DNA of 64,000 nucleotides from Rhodanobacteraceae bacterium (GTDB lineage Bacteria; Pseudomonadota; Gammaproteobacteria; Xanthomonadales; SZUA-5): NCBI GenBank assembly GCA_031422315.1, contig JANOQN010000068.1, positions 211,928 to 275,927 of the forward strand, read 5' to 3'. Shown piece by piece: positions 55,299 to 64,000 of this stretch (position 1 is its first letter; each line of letters starts with the position of its first letter). The notes under the pieces were generated by a model. It saw only the letters and a program-made list of their open reading frames with translations, ran no database searches and was not told where the DNA came from. The position numbers and the translations under genes were made by a program.

Positions 55299-56603
55299 AT
55301 GAAATTGCTCTTTAAAGGATTGGTTGTCTGCGCTGCGGGTTTGCCACTGGCGCAAGCACAGAACTACGTATTCACGCCCATTCAGGGGCCTTTTCAATCA
55401 TTGATTTTAAACGAAGCCATCTGGGCGGACATCAATAATGATGGCCGCCCAGATTTACTCACTGCTGGAATTTCTAGAATTCGAAACCGCCGAGAAACTC
55501 ATGTGTATTTAAATCGTGGTGCGGATCGATTTGATGAAATAGACAGTGGACTACCAACTGGCGGCGGAGAAATAAACATAGCGGCTGCAGACGTGAATGG
55601 CGATGGCAAAATAGACGTTGCAATGTCCGGCTTGGGTGGAGGTAATCCAAACAATATCTATATTGGTAACGGCTCAGGTGCGTTCGTCACTGGCCCACCG
55701 TTAACCTCGGGCGGTGGTTTCCAAAGCCTGCATTTTGGTGATTATGATAGTGACGGGGATCCAGATTTAATTACTGGTGCAAGCGCACAAATTTTACTCA
55801 ACGACGGAGCTGGGTTGTTCAACTTGATCGATCAAGCGTTTTTGCCTTTAGAGACTGGTAGCTCAAATTTTTACGATGCTAATTTTGATGGCAAGCTTGA
55901 TGTCGTACAAACGGGCTTCTTTGGGCCAGGAACATTTGAAGGCGGGCGAGTTTGGTTGCAAGAAAGCCAATCAAATTTTATTATGACAAAAGATCAGCTC
56001 GCGCCGATGCGAGAGCGCAGTGAGATTCAAATTCGCGATGCCAATTGTGACACCAAAGCTGATTTATTTTTTAGCACCATCACATACCGACTGACAAACG
56101 AAGCGATTGGTTACGTATACACCAACAAAAGCCCAAGTAGTTTTGTTCGAAATCGGCTCCCTGGCATTGGTATATCTAGCAACTCTGGGCTGATTGATGT
56201 GGAAGGCGACGGTATCCCTGAAGTTGTTGTTGTTGGTAATCTGTTTTTGCCACCACAGGGTATTGCAACAGAGATATTAAAACGCCAGCCCAATGGCGAT
56301 TATCAAATGATTCCGTCGCTTAATTTGCCCCGTTTTAGAACCGCATCAATTGCAACCATTGACTACGACGGAGATCGTGACGAAGACTTATTTATTATTG
56401 GCGATTTGAGCCCATCGGGCGGGTTCGACGACTACAGTGAAGCCGCATATTTGTTTAGAAACGATACCGTGCAAAGTACGCAGCGTTGTCGACCGCAAGT
56501 TGCAATTACGCAGGTGGTTCCGGGCTTAGGATTATTTGGAATGGTGTTTTTGAGCTTAGGACTTGCACTGTTAGGTATGCGATTTTCAGCAAACAGGCCA
56601 TAA
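55299..56603 (+). CDS. Seven-repeat FG-GAP/VCBS beta-propeller protein with C-terminal sorting-signal-like anchor
   Basis: Signal peptide. Seven Dx[DN]xDGxxD repeats (DINNDGRPD, DVNGDGKID, DYDSDGDPD, ...). Tail VVPGLGLFGMVFLSLGLALLGMRFSANRP. Confidence 0.85.
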   Translation: MKLLFKGLVVCAAGLPLAQAQNYVFTPIQGPFQSLILNEAIWADINNDGRPDLLTAGISRIRNRRETHVYLNRGADRFDEIDSGLPTGGGEINIAAADVNGDGKIDVAMSGLGGGNPNNIYIGNGSGAFVTGPPLTSGGGFQSLHFGDYDSDGDPDLITGASAQILLNDGAGLFNLIDQAFLPLETGSSNFYDANFDGKLDVVQTGFFGPGTFEGGRVWLQESQSNFIMTKDQLAPMRERSEIQIRDANCDTKADLFFSTITYRLTNEAIGYVYTNKSPSSFVRNRLPGIGISSNSGLIDVEGDGIPEVVVVGNLFLPPQGIATEILKRQPNGDYQMIPSLNLPRFRTASIATIDYDGDRDEDLFIIGDLSPSGGFDDYSEAAYLFRNDTVQSTQRCRPQVAITQVVPGLGLFGMVFLSLGLALLGMRFSANRP

Positions 56604-56661
56604 CAGATATGGCTTATTGGTACGTAAGGCGAGCAATAAACAACTGGACCAAACTTCTGCA

Positions 56662-57438
56662 CTAATTGTTTGGCTGCTTCAATTCGACCTCAAACCCGCT
56701 TTTAAAAATCGACTCATCGCGCCCCATCACCCACGTTAAACCGCCAAGCACATGCTGGCGAAAACGCAGGTCAGCGAATGTTTCATTGCGATGCCCCATG
56801 CCGGTATACCAAGAGCGGCCCGCACCGACCGCGCGTTTCCAGGAAATGGGATGATCGGCGCCCATCGCGCCGCTGCCTGGCATATAGCTCGATTCATCGA
56901 GCCGCAGCAGCACGCTTGCGCCTGCGCGTGGATTAACGCGAAAGTTGTACCACTCGTCGGTGAAGGAGAAGCTGGCGGGCAAATGCGCTGTTGAGGCGTC
57001 GTCGGCAGACTCGCGCAGCACGGTGGCCTGCTGGATTGCCGGGTGATTTTGAAACCACGCGCCGTTGCCAAGCACCTGCGCGCCGTACCAGGGCCAGCTG
57101 TACTCACAATCTGCCGCAGCATGGATGCCTACCCAACCGCCGCCGGCCTCAAGCCAAGTCTGAAAGGCCAGCTGCTGCGTGTCGTTTAAAACATCGCCGG
57201 TGGTGCTCAGAAATACCACCGCCTTGTAGGGGGCCAATCCTTCGGCGGTGAATTGCGCCGGGTCTTCAGTCGCGACCACGGTAAAGCTGTTTTGCGTGCC
57301 CAGCTGCTGCAGCATGGTAATGCCGACGCCGATAGAGCCGTGCCGAAAACCGGTCGTTCGGCTAAAAACCAGCACCGCATCCTGTGCGGCGGCGCAGGTA
57401 GATATGATGATGAGTAAAAAGATGACCGTGTTTCGCAT
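56662..57438 (-). CDS. Secreted ThuA-like (class I glutamine-amidotransferase-fold) protein
   Basis: Signal peptide. VLVFSRTTGFRHGSI is typical of ThuA domain proteins. Confidence 0.8.
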   Translation of the reverse strand: MRNTVIFLLIIISTCAAAQDAVLVFSRTTGFRHGSIGVGITMLQQLGTQNSFTVVATEDPAQFTAEGLAPYKAVVFLSTTGDVLNDTQQLAFQTWLEAGGGWVGIHAAADCEYSWPWYGAQVLGNGAWFQNHPAIQQATVLRESADDASTAHLPASFSFTDEWYNFRVNPRAGASVLLRLDESSYMPGSGAMGADHPISWKRAVGAGRSWYTGMGHRNETFADLRFRQHVLGGLTWVMGRDESIFKSGFEVELKQPNN

Positions 57439-57615
57439 GGCACTCTCGAGTAATGGTTAAACCAAATCGCTGAAATTCTCATGGCTGCACGCAAGCGTAG
57501 CTTGCAAATTGCGGCAGTGATTGCGCGAATGCAGGTTTAATGTGCGGTTTTGCGCGGCGGTTCTCATTTGCGAATCGGCGCGCGAGGCGTTTTTTTTCGA
57601 AAACCAATGAATAGT

Positions 57616-58032
57616 TTAGTTGGGTTCCTCTTCCTCATCGGAGCAGGCATAGCAAGAAATCTCCAGGCTTATCCCCGCTTGAGCGGCCAATTGAATGAAC
57701 AGCGATGGGAATACACGAAAGACGCAAACATCATCTGCGGTAATTGCAATGCCAAAATCAAACCTAGCGACTTGGACTTCTGGTGAAGCAGTCATTTTGG
57801 CAATCGATTGAGAATGGGTTTCTAGATAGGCGCTGGCGTCAGTCAATTGAGCTGAGAAATCATCAAATTCGGCGTTGCTCACAATGAAGCTCGCGCCAGA
57901 GTTTAGATGGACTTCACCTTTAAGTGATCGCGCTTCACCTTTTATCCAACGCCTGTTGGGCTCAAGGCCGCACTGAACCAGCAATGCGTCAATGTCCAAT
58001 TTTTCGCCAAAAATTCTAAACATGCAGCTCAT
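57616..58032 (-). CDS. DUF4279-like hypothetical protein (tentative)
   Basis: FRIFGEKLDIDALLVQCGLEPNRRWIKGE resembles the DUF4279 N-terminus. Start trimmed to ATG 58032 to remove the overlap with the upstream gene. Confidence 0.55.
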   Translation of the reverse strand: MSCMFRIFGEKLDIDALLVQCGLEPNRRWIKGEARSLKGEVHLNSGASFIVSNAEFDDFSAQLTDASAYLETHSQSIAKMTASPEVQVARFDFGIAITADDVCVFRVFPSLFIQLAAQAGISLEISCYACSDEEEEPN

Positions 58033-58075
58033 GAATGCGTTTGCCGAATTGATTGTGCAGTAGCAAAGGCCATCA

Positions 58076-58765
58076 TCATTCCGGCAGCCCAAAGCCATTG
58101 TTAAAATCAAAATCCTTCAACAGATAAATCGGCAATTGGGTGGATCCGCGTTTGCTAGTTGTTGGCGCTTTGCCGGTTTCGGTAACAATCGACTTGCCAG
58201 TTAGCAGGTTAAAATCGCGGGTAACGCTTTTTTGAGCATCATCACAATGTTCGTGGAATACGATTTTCAGGCCAATCAGCCGCCACACGCCGCGATAGAA
58301 TTTGAACTGATGCGTAGCCGCTTCCATGCTGCAGGCGGTTTTCGCATTGTTCTGAATGTAGATGCTGCCGTTTCTAATCTGTAGCGAATCCACCCAGCAG
58401 CAGCCCATGCCAACCCGCATTTCAGGACTCGAGGAAGCCGCCACACCAAAATCGCCCGAATTTGATTTAAGCAAAACCACCAGCTGCTGATTTGGACTCG
58501 GGCTTGCTTCAGTGACCAGCACAATGACGAAGTCTTCTAAGCCATCGCCATTGAGATCGCCCTTGGCAACTTGCGATTGCTCGGCGATGGCGCCTTTTTG
58601 CGAGGCAATAAACGCGGTATCCGAGCGAAAGTTGGCAGCGTTAGCGGAAGTTGCAGCCATCAAAACGACGCATAGAAATTGCAAAGCGCGCGATAGGTTC
58701 GATTTAATAGGTTTCTCCAACGTTAAATGCCAAGATTTTGAATAGTACCGGAGGCGCGCATGCAA
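58076..58765 (-). CDS. Secreted hypothetical protein with one FG-GAP-like motif
   Basis: Signal-like LQFLCVVLMAATSANA; GDLNGDGLEDFVIV. TTG start; exact start uncertain. Confidence 0.6.
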   Translation of the reverse strand: MHARLRYYSKSWHLTLEKPIKSNLSRALQFLCVVLMAATSANAANFRSDTAFIASQKGAIAEQSQVAKGDLNGDGLEDFVIVLVTEASPSPNQQLVVLLKSNSGDFGVAASSSPEMRVGMGCCWVDSLQIRNGSIYIQNNAKTACSMEAATHQFKFYRGVWRLIGLKIVFHEHCDDAQKSVTRDFNLLTGKSIVTETGKAPTTSKRGSTQLPIYLLKDFDFNNGFGLPE

Positions 58766-58775
58766 GCACCAACCC

Positions 58776-59831
58776 TTAAGGGAACAAACCCAATTGCGTC
58801 AAGCCTGTCGTTTCCGGCAGTCCCAGTGCGATATTCATATTTTGTACGGCCTGCCCGGACATGCCTTTAAGTAGGTTGTCAAGCGTTACCAACATCGCTA
58901 ACTGGCTGCCTCGCTGGACGACGTTAATGTCGCAATAATTGCTGCCGACCACGGCTGCAGTGCGCGCCATGCCGTCATCAATTACGCGAATAAATCGTGA
59001 TTGCCGGTAAAAATCAGCGAAAAGCGTAGAAAAATCGACATCAAGCAATGCGTCAGTCAGCTGCATTTGTACGCTGAGGTAAATGCCGCGCACCATGGGT
59101 GCAGAGTGTGGGACTAGGCTAAAGCCGGGTGCTGTGCCGCCAAAGTGCTGTGCAGCGGCCACGAGCACTTGCCGCACTTCAAACTCGTGTTGATGCGCAA
59201 ATACTTTGTAAGCTCGGAAATCGTGTGCACGGCTCGGGTGGTGCGTGCCTTCTGAAGGCGCTGCGCCAGAGCCGGATGAACCGGTAACGGCGCTGATAGC
59301 GACATGTGGCAGCGTGCCCGCAGTGATTTTACAAAGCGGCAACAATGCGAGCGCGATCGCGGTGGCAAAGCAGCCGGGGTTAGCGATGCGCTGTGCGCCG
59401 TTTGCCTGCTGCACGGTGGATTTAAACTCGGGTAAGCCGTAGTTGAATTCGCTCAAAAACTCTGGACATGGGTGAACGCCACCATAGGCGAGTTTAAACG
59501 CATTTGCCGATCGCAATCTAAAATCACCTGATAAATCAATCACATGCGTTTTAGCATCTAGGGCTTGGCGCAATTCAGGCCAGCGCTTACAAAATTCCCC
59601 GTGTGGCAAGGCGGCGAATAACACATCTAATCCTGGCTTTTGCAGCTCGCGTTGGAAATTACCCGGATAAGCACCGCGCAGGTGTGGGTGCACGCTGGCA
59701 ATCGTGCGCCCGGCTTGGGTATTGGCGAGCGCTTGCACATGTTCAACGTGCGGGTGCGCGGCCAGTAGCCGCAGCAACTCACCGCCGCCAAAACCGCTGG
59801 CCCCTAAAATTGCAATGGATAAATCAGCCAT
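58776..59831 (-). CDS. argC: N-acetyl-gamma-glutamyl-phosphate reductase
   Basis: ILGASGFGGGELLRLL; active-site NPGCFATA. Confidence 0.93.
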   Translation of the reverse strand: MADLSIAILGASGFGGGELLRLLAAHPHVEHVQALANTQAGRTIASVHPHLRGAYPGNFQRELQKPGLDVLFAALPHGEFCKRWPELRQALDAKTHVIDLSGDFRLRSANAFKLAYGGVHPCPEFLSEFNYGLPEFKSTVQQANGAQRIANPGCFATAIALALLPLCKITAGTLPHVAISAVTGSSGSGAAPSEGTHHPSRAHDFRAYKVFAHQHEFEVRQVLVAAAQHFGGTAPGFSLVPHSAPMVRGIYLSVQMQLTDALLDVDFSTLFADFYRQSRFIRVIDDGMARTAAVVGSNYCDINVVQRGSQLAMLVTLDNLLKGMSGQAVQNMNIALGLPETTGLTQLGLFP

Positions 59832-59876
59832 GGTGCATTTTCCTTTTTTTGAACGGCAATTTAGCCTTCAATTTAG

Positions 59877-61208
<1,332 letters not shown>

Positions 61209-61330
61209 ATATTTCGAATTTGTTTGATGCCTAAAGGACTGGTGCCGTCAGGAGATACCACCATACAAACCGGCTTTTTGAGATTCAATGGCTTGGGACG
61301 GCGAAAATCCAGACGGATACGAAGTTCGTT

Positions 61331-61352
61331 AGACGCGTGCGTCGTTTTTTTT
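61331..61352 (+). terminator. Possible purA terminator (weak stem, T8 tail)
   Basis: GACG-CGTG-CGTC followed by G and eight T. The stem is short. Confidence 0.35.
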
Positions 61353-61474
61353 GCGAATCATTTTCAGGTTGCAGTTAAACCTGAAACCTGCTGGCGGCTG
61401 TCGCCGCATCAATTTTCAACCTCGAAGCCGTTAAACTAGCCGCCACGCTCAGGCGCTGATTCAAGGCAAACTCT

Positions 61475-63373
61475 ATGATCTACAACACTCACTATGACGT
61501 CATCGTCGTCGGCGGCGGCCACGCGGGCACGGAAGCAGCGCTGGCATCGGCTAGAGCCGGAGCACGCACGCTTTTGTTGACCCATAACGTTGAAACGATT
61601 GGTCAAATGAGCTGCAATCCGGCGATTGGCGGGATTGGCAAGGGCCATTTGGTACGCGAAATCGATGCACTTGGCGGCGTGATGGCGCATGCGGCGGATT
61701 TGGGCGGCATCCAATTTCGTACGCTTAATGCCAGCAAAGGCCCGGCTGTAAGAGCCACGCGGGCGCAGGCGGATCGCGTGCGCTACAAGGCGGCAGTGCG
61801 GCATGTGGTGGAAAATCAGCCGAACTTGACGATTTTTCAGCAAGCGGTGGATGATTTGCTGGTGCAAAACGAGCGCGTTACCGGCGTAGTAACGCAGATG
61901 GGTTTGACCTTCAACTGCAAAACCGTGGTGCTGACTGCGGGCACGTTTTTAGCCGGGCTAATTCACATTGGCCAGCAAAATTATCGCGGCGGCAGGGCCG
62001 GTGATCCGCCAGCGCTATCACTTGCCGCGCGCATGCGTGAGCTGCCAATTACCGTGGGGCGCTTGAAAACCGGCACGCCACCGCGCATTGATGGCCGCAG
62101 CATTGATTTCTCTAGCATGCAGGAACAGCCCGGCGATACGCCTTGCCCAGTGTTTTCGTTTTTAGGCAGCACCAATCAGCACCCGCGCCAAATCAGCTGC
62201 TGGATTACCCATACCAATGTGCAAACGCACGATATTATTCGCGGCGCGCTGGATCGATCGCCGCTGTATACCGGTCAAATTGAAGGCGTCGGCCCGCGCT
62301 ACTGCCCGTCAATTGAAGACAAGATCGTGCGCTTTGCTGGTAAAGATTCGCATCAAATTTTTATCGAACCCGAGGGTTTGGACACGCATGAGGTGTATCC
62401 AAACGGTATTTCGACCAGCCTGCCGTTCGATGCGCAAATGGCGCTGGTGCGCTCCATCAAAGGTATGGAGAACGCCCACATTACCCGGCCCGGCTATGCG
62501 ATTGAATACGATTATTTTGACCCGCGCGGACTGAAGAACTCATTAGAAACCAAAGCCATTGCCGGGCTTTATTTTGCTGGCCAAATCAATGGCACCACCG
62601 GCTATGAAGAAGCCGCCGCGCAGGGCTTGATTGCTGGCTTAAATGCCGCCAGAGCCTGCCAAGATCTACCACCGTATTGCCCAGCGCGTTCGGAAGCGTA
62701 CATCGGGGTATTGATCGATGATTTGATTACCAACGGCACCAATGAGCCGTATCGCATGTTTACATCACGGGCGGAATATCGCTTGCAGCTGCGCGAAGAT
62801 AATGCTGATTTGCGCTTGACCGAAGTCGGCCGCCAGATGGGTTTAGTTTCGGACGAACGCTGGGCACGATTTAGCGCTAAACGTGAATCCATCGGTCTGG
62901 AATCCGAGCGCCTGCGCGGCCTGCGCTTTGGCCTACACACCGATTTAGCGCTGCGGGTTTCGCACACGCTGGGCGTGCCAATCAGCCGGGATCAATCCGC
63001 GTTCGAACTCCTAAAACGCCCAGAATTGCACTATGGCGATCTAATGCGCGTGCCAGAATTTGGCCCAGGTGTGAGTGACCCACAAGTCGCCGAGCAAATC
63101 GAAATTCACTCGAAATATGCGGGCTATTTAGATCGCCAGCAAGATGAAATCGATAAAACCCGGCACAGTGAACACGCGCAAATCCCTGCCGATTTTGACT
63201 ACAGTCGAGTCGTTGGTTTGTCGGTCGAAATCACCCAAAAGCTTAGTTTTGCCCGCCCACAAACCATTGGCCAAGCGCAGCGCATTTCTGGGGTGACGCC
63301 GGCATCAGTTAGTTTGCTACTGGTTTATTTGAAGCGCTGTGGGTTGCAGAGTAAGCGCGAGGTTGCGGCTTAA
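61475..63373 (+). CDS. mnmG: tRNA uridine 5-carboxymethylaminomethyl modification enzyme MnmG (GidA)
   Basis: [41 protein letters not shown]; 632 aa. Confidence 0.97.
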   Translation: MIYNTHYDVIVVGGGHAGTEAALASARAGARTLLLTHNVETIGQMSCNPAIGGIGKGHLVREIDALGGVMAHAADLGGIQFRTLNASKGPAVRATRAQADRVRYKAAVRHVVENQPNLTIFQQAVDDLLVQNERVTGVVTQMGLTFNCKTVVLTAGTFLAGLIHIGQQNYRGGRAGDPPALSLAARMRELPITVGRLKTGTPPRIDGRSIDFSSMQEQPGDTPCPVFSFLGSTNQHPRQISCWITHTNVQTHDIIRGALDRSPLYTGQIEGVGPRYCPSIEDKIVRFAGKDSHQIFIEPEGLDTHEVYPNGISTSLPFDAQMALVRSIKGMENAHITRPGYAIEYDYFDPRGLKNSLETKAIAGLYFAGQINGTTGYEEAAAQGLIAGLNAARACQDLPPYCPARSEAYIGVLIDDLITNGTNEPYRMFTSRAEYRLQLREDNADLRLTEVGRQMGLVSDERWARFSAKRESIGLESERLRGLRFGLHTDLALRVSHTLGVPISRDQSAFELLKRPELHYGDLMRVPEFGPGVSDPQVAEQIEIHSKYAGYLDRQQDEIDKTRHSEHAQIPADFDYSRVVGLSVEITQKLSFARPQTIGQAQRISGVTPASVSLLLVYLKRCGLQSKREVAA

Positions 63374-63496
63374 ATTGTTTGAGCAAGCTGGCTCGCTCGT
63401 TTTCAGCAATGGAAATTGCTCAAGGGCGACAACTAGCCATTGCCATTTCGCTATGAATTTGTGCGCCTACCCCGCAGCAAGCCTGTAAACTAGGAA

Positions 63497-64000
63497 AATG
63501 AACAAACACTTCAACACCGCAGGCCCGAGCAAGGCCGAGCTAAACTATTTGCTTGATCCGCTAGCCCGGATCGAGTTAGCACACATACTCGATTTGATCG
63601 CGCTACAGCGCTATTTCATTCTGCACGCTCCGCGTCAAACTGGCAAAACCACCTGCATGCTGGCCCTGCGTGAGTACCTTAACGCGCATGCAGACTATAT
63701 TGCGCTGTACGTCAATGTCGAAACTGGTCAGGCTAGGCGCAATCAAGTCGGCTTGGCCATGCTAGGCATAGCCTCGCAGCTATCCGAGAAAATTGCGGAA
63801 GCGTTAAAGCTGCCCGACCTCAAAGCTGAGCTCATGACACAGGCACAAAATACTGACGGTTCGGACATCCTGCGAACGATGCTCCGAACTGCAGCGGAGA
63901 AATCACCCAAACCGCTGGTGGTTTTTATCGATGAAGTCGACTCTTTAGTCGGAGATACGTTAATTTCCTTACTTCGGCAAATCCGCGCGGGCTACACTGA
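63497..64000 (+). CDS. AAA-type ATP-binding protein, N-terminal 168 codons (runs off right edge)
   Basis: AGGAAA SD before ATG 63497. MNKHFNTAGPS...YFILHAPRQTGKTT (Walker A) ...LVVFIDEVD (Walker B). Not in the ORF track because it is open-ended. Confidence 0.7.

Noticed and set aside
61209-61474. Chromosomal origin (oriC) next to mnmG/gidA.
   Set aside because: I found no DnaA-box-like 9-mers or AT-rich 13-mer cluster by eye, and purA rather than mioC/dnaA lies upstream.

Overview
64-kb chromosomal window from a Gram-negative genome, most likely gamma- or beta-proteobacterial. All calls come from reading the sequence and ORF track by eye. No BLAST or HMM search was possible, so family names are motif-based recollections.

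Content: about 50 protein genes. I found no rRNA, tRNA, CRISPR array, transposase or integrase.

Housekeeping backbone:
- glyA, and a SahR-like regulator with a stand-alone MetH homocysteine-binding domain
- a YfhM-type alpha-2-macroglobulin, two tandem dsbB copies, maf, yfhL, ggt
- pgk, an acyl-CoA carboxyltransferase with a citrate-synthase-family gene
- miaB-phoH-ybeY, argC, purA, mnmG

Accessory, visibly AT-richer patches:
- (i) a fragmented nonulosonic-acid/glycan island (about 22.1-35.7 kb): NeuB/SpsE-like synthase, two cytidylyltransferase homologues (one fused to a GT2), GT4/GT-B transferases, a DUF115-like protein and unknown genes
- (ii) a secreted-protein island (53.6-58.8 kb): metzincin, 7-bladed FG-GAP propeller with a C-terminal sorting-signal-like tail, ThuA-like, DUF4279-like and a small FG-GAP protein

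Most notable observations:
1. A poly-C(8) tract two codons after a well-formed SD-ATG leaves the metzincin out of frame. One extra C restores a perfect signal peptide, so this is a candidate phase-variable switch or a homopolymer sequencing error.
2. An unclassified roughly 130-bp MITE-like element has 15-bp terminal inverted repeats and 6-bp target-site duplications. Two inverted copies bracket a 9.8-kb block, and one copy rewrites the 3' end of a gene.
3. A compound REP/MITE family (GTCAT[T/C]CCCGC hairpin arms) occupies six intergenic sites.
4. A recent tandem dsbB duplication diverges mainly around the third cysteine.
5. Several unusual operon couplings: pgk with lipoprotein/M48/lipoprotein, neuB with unknown genes, citrate synthase with a carboxyltransferase.

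I did not recognise a complete, self-evident novel multi-gene system such as a defence system. The candidates below are ranked with that caveat.
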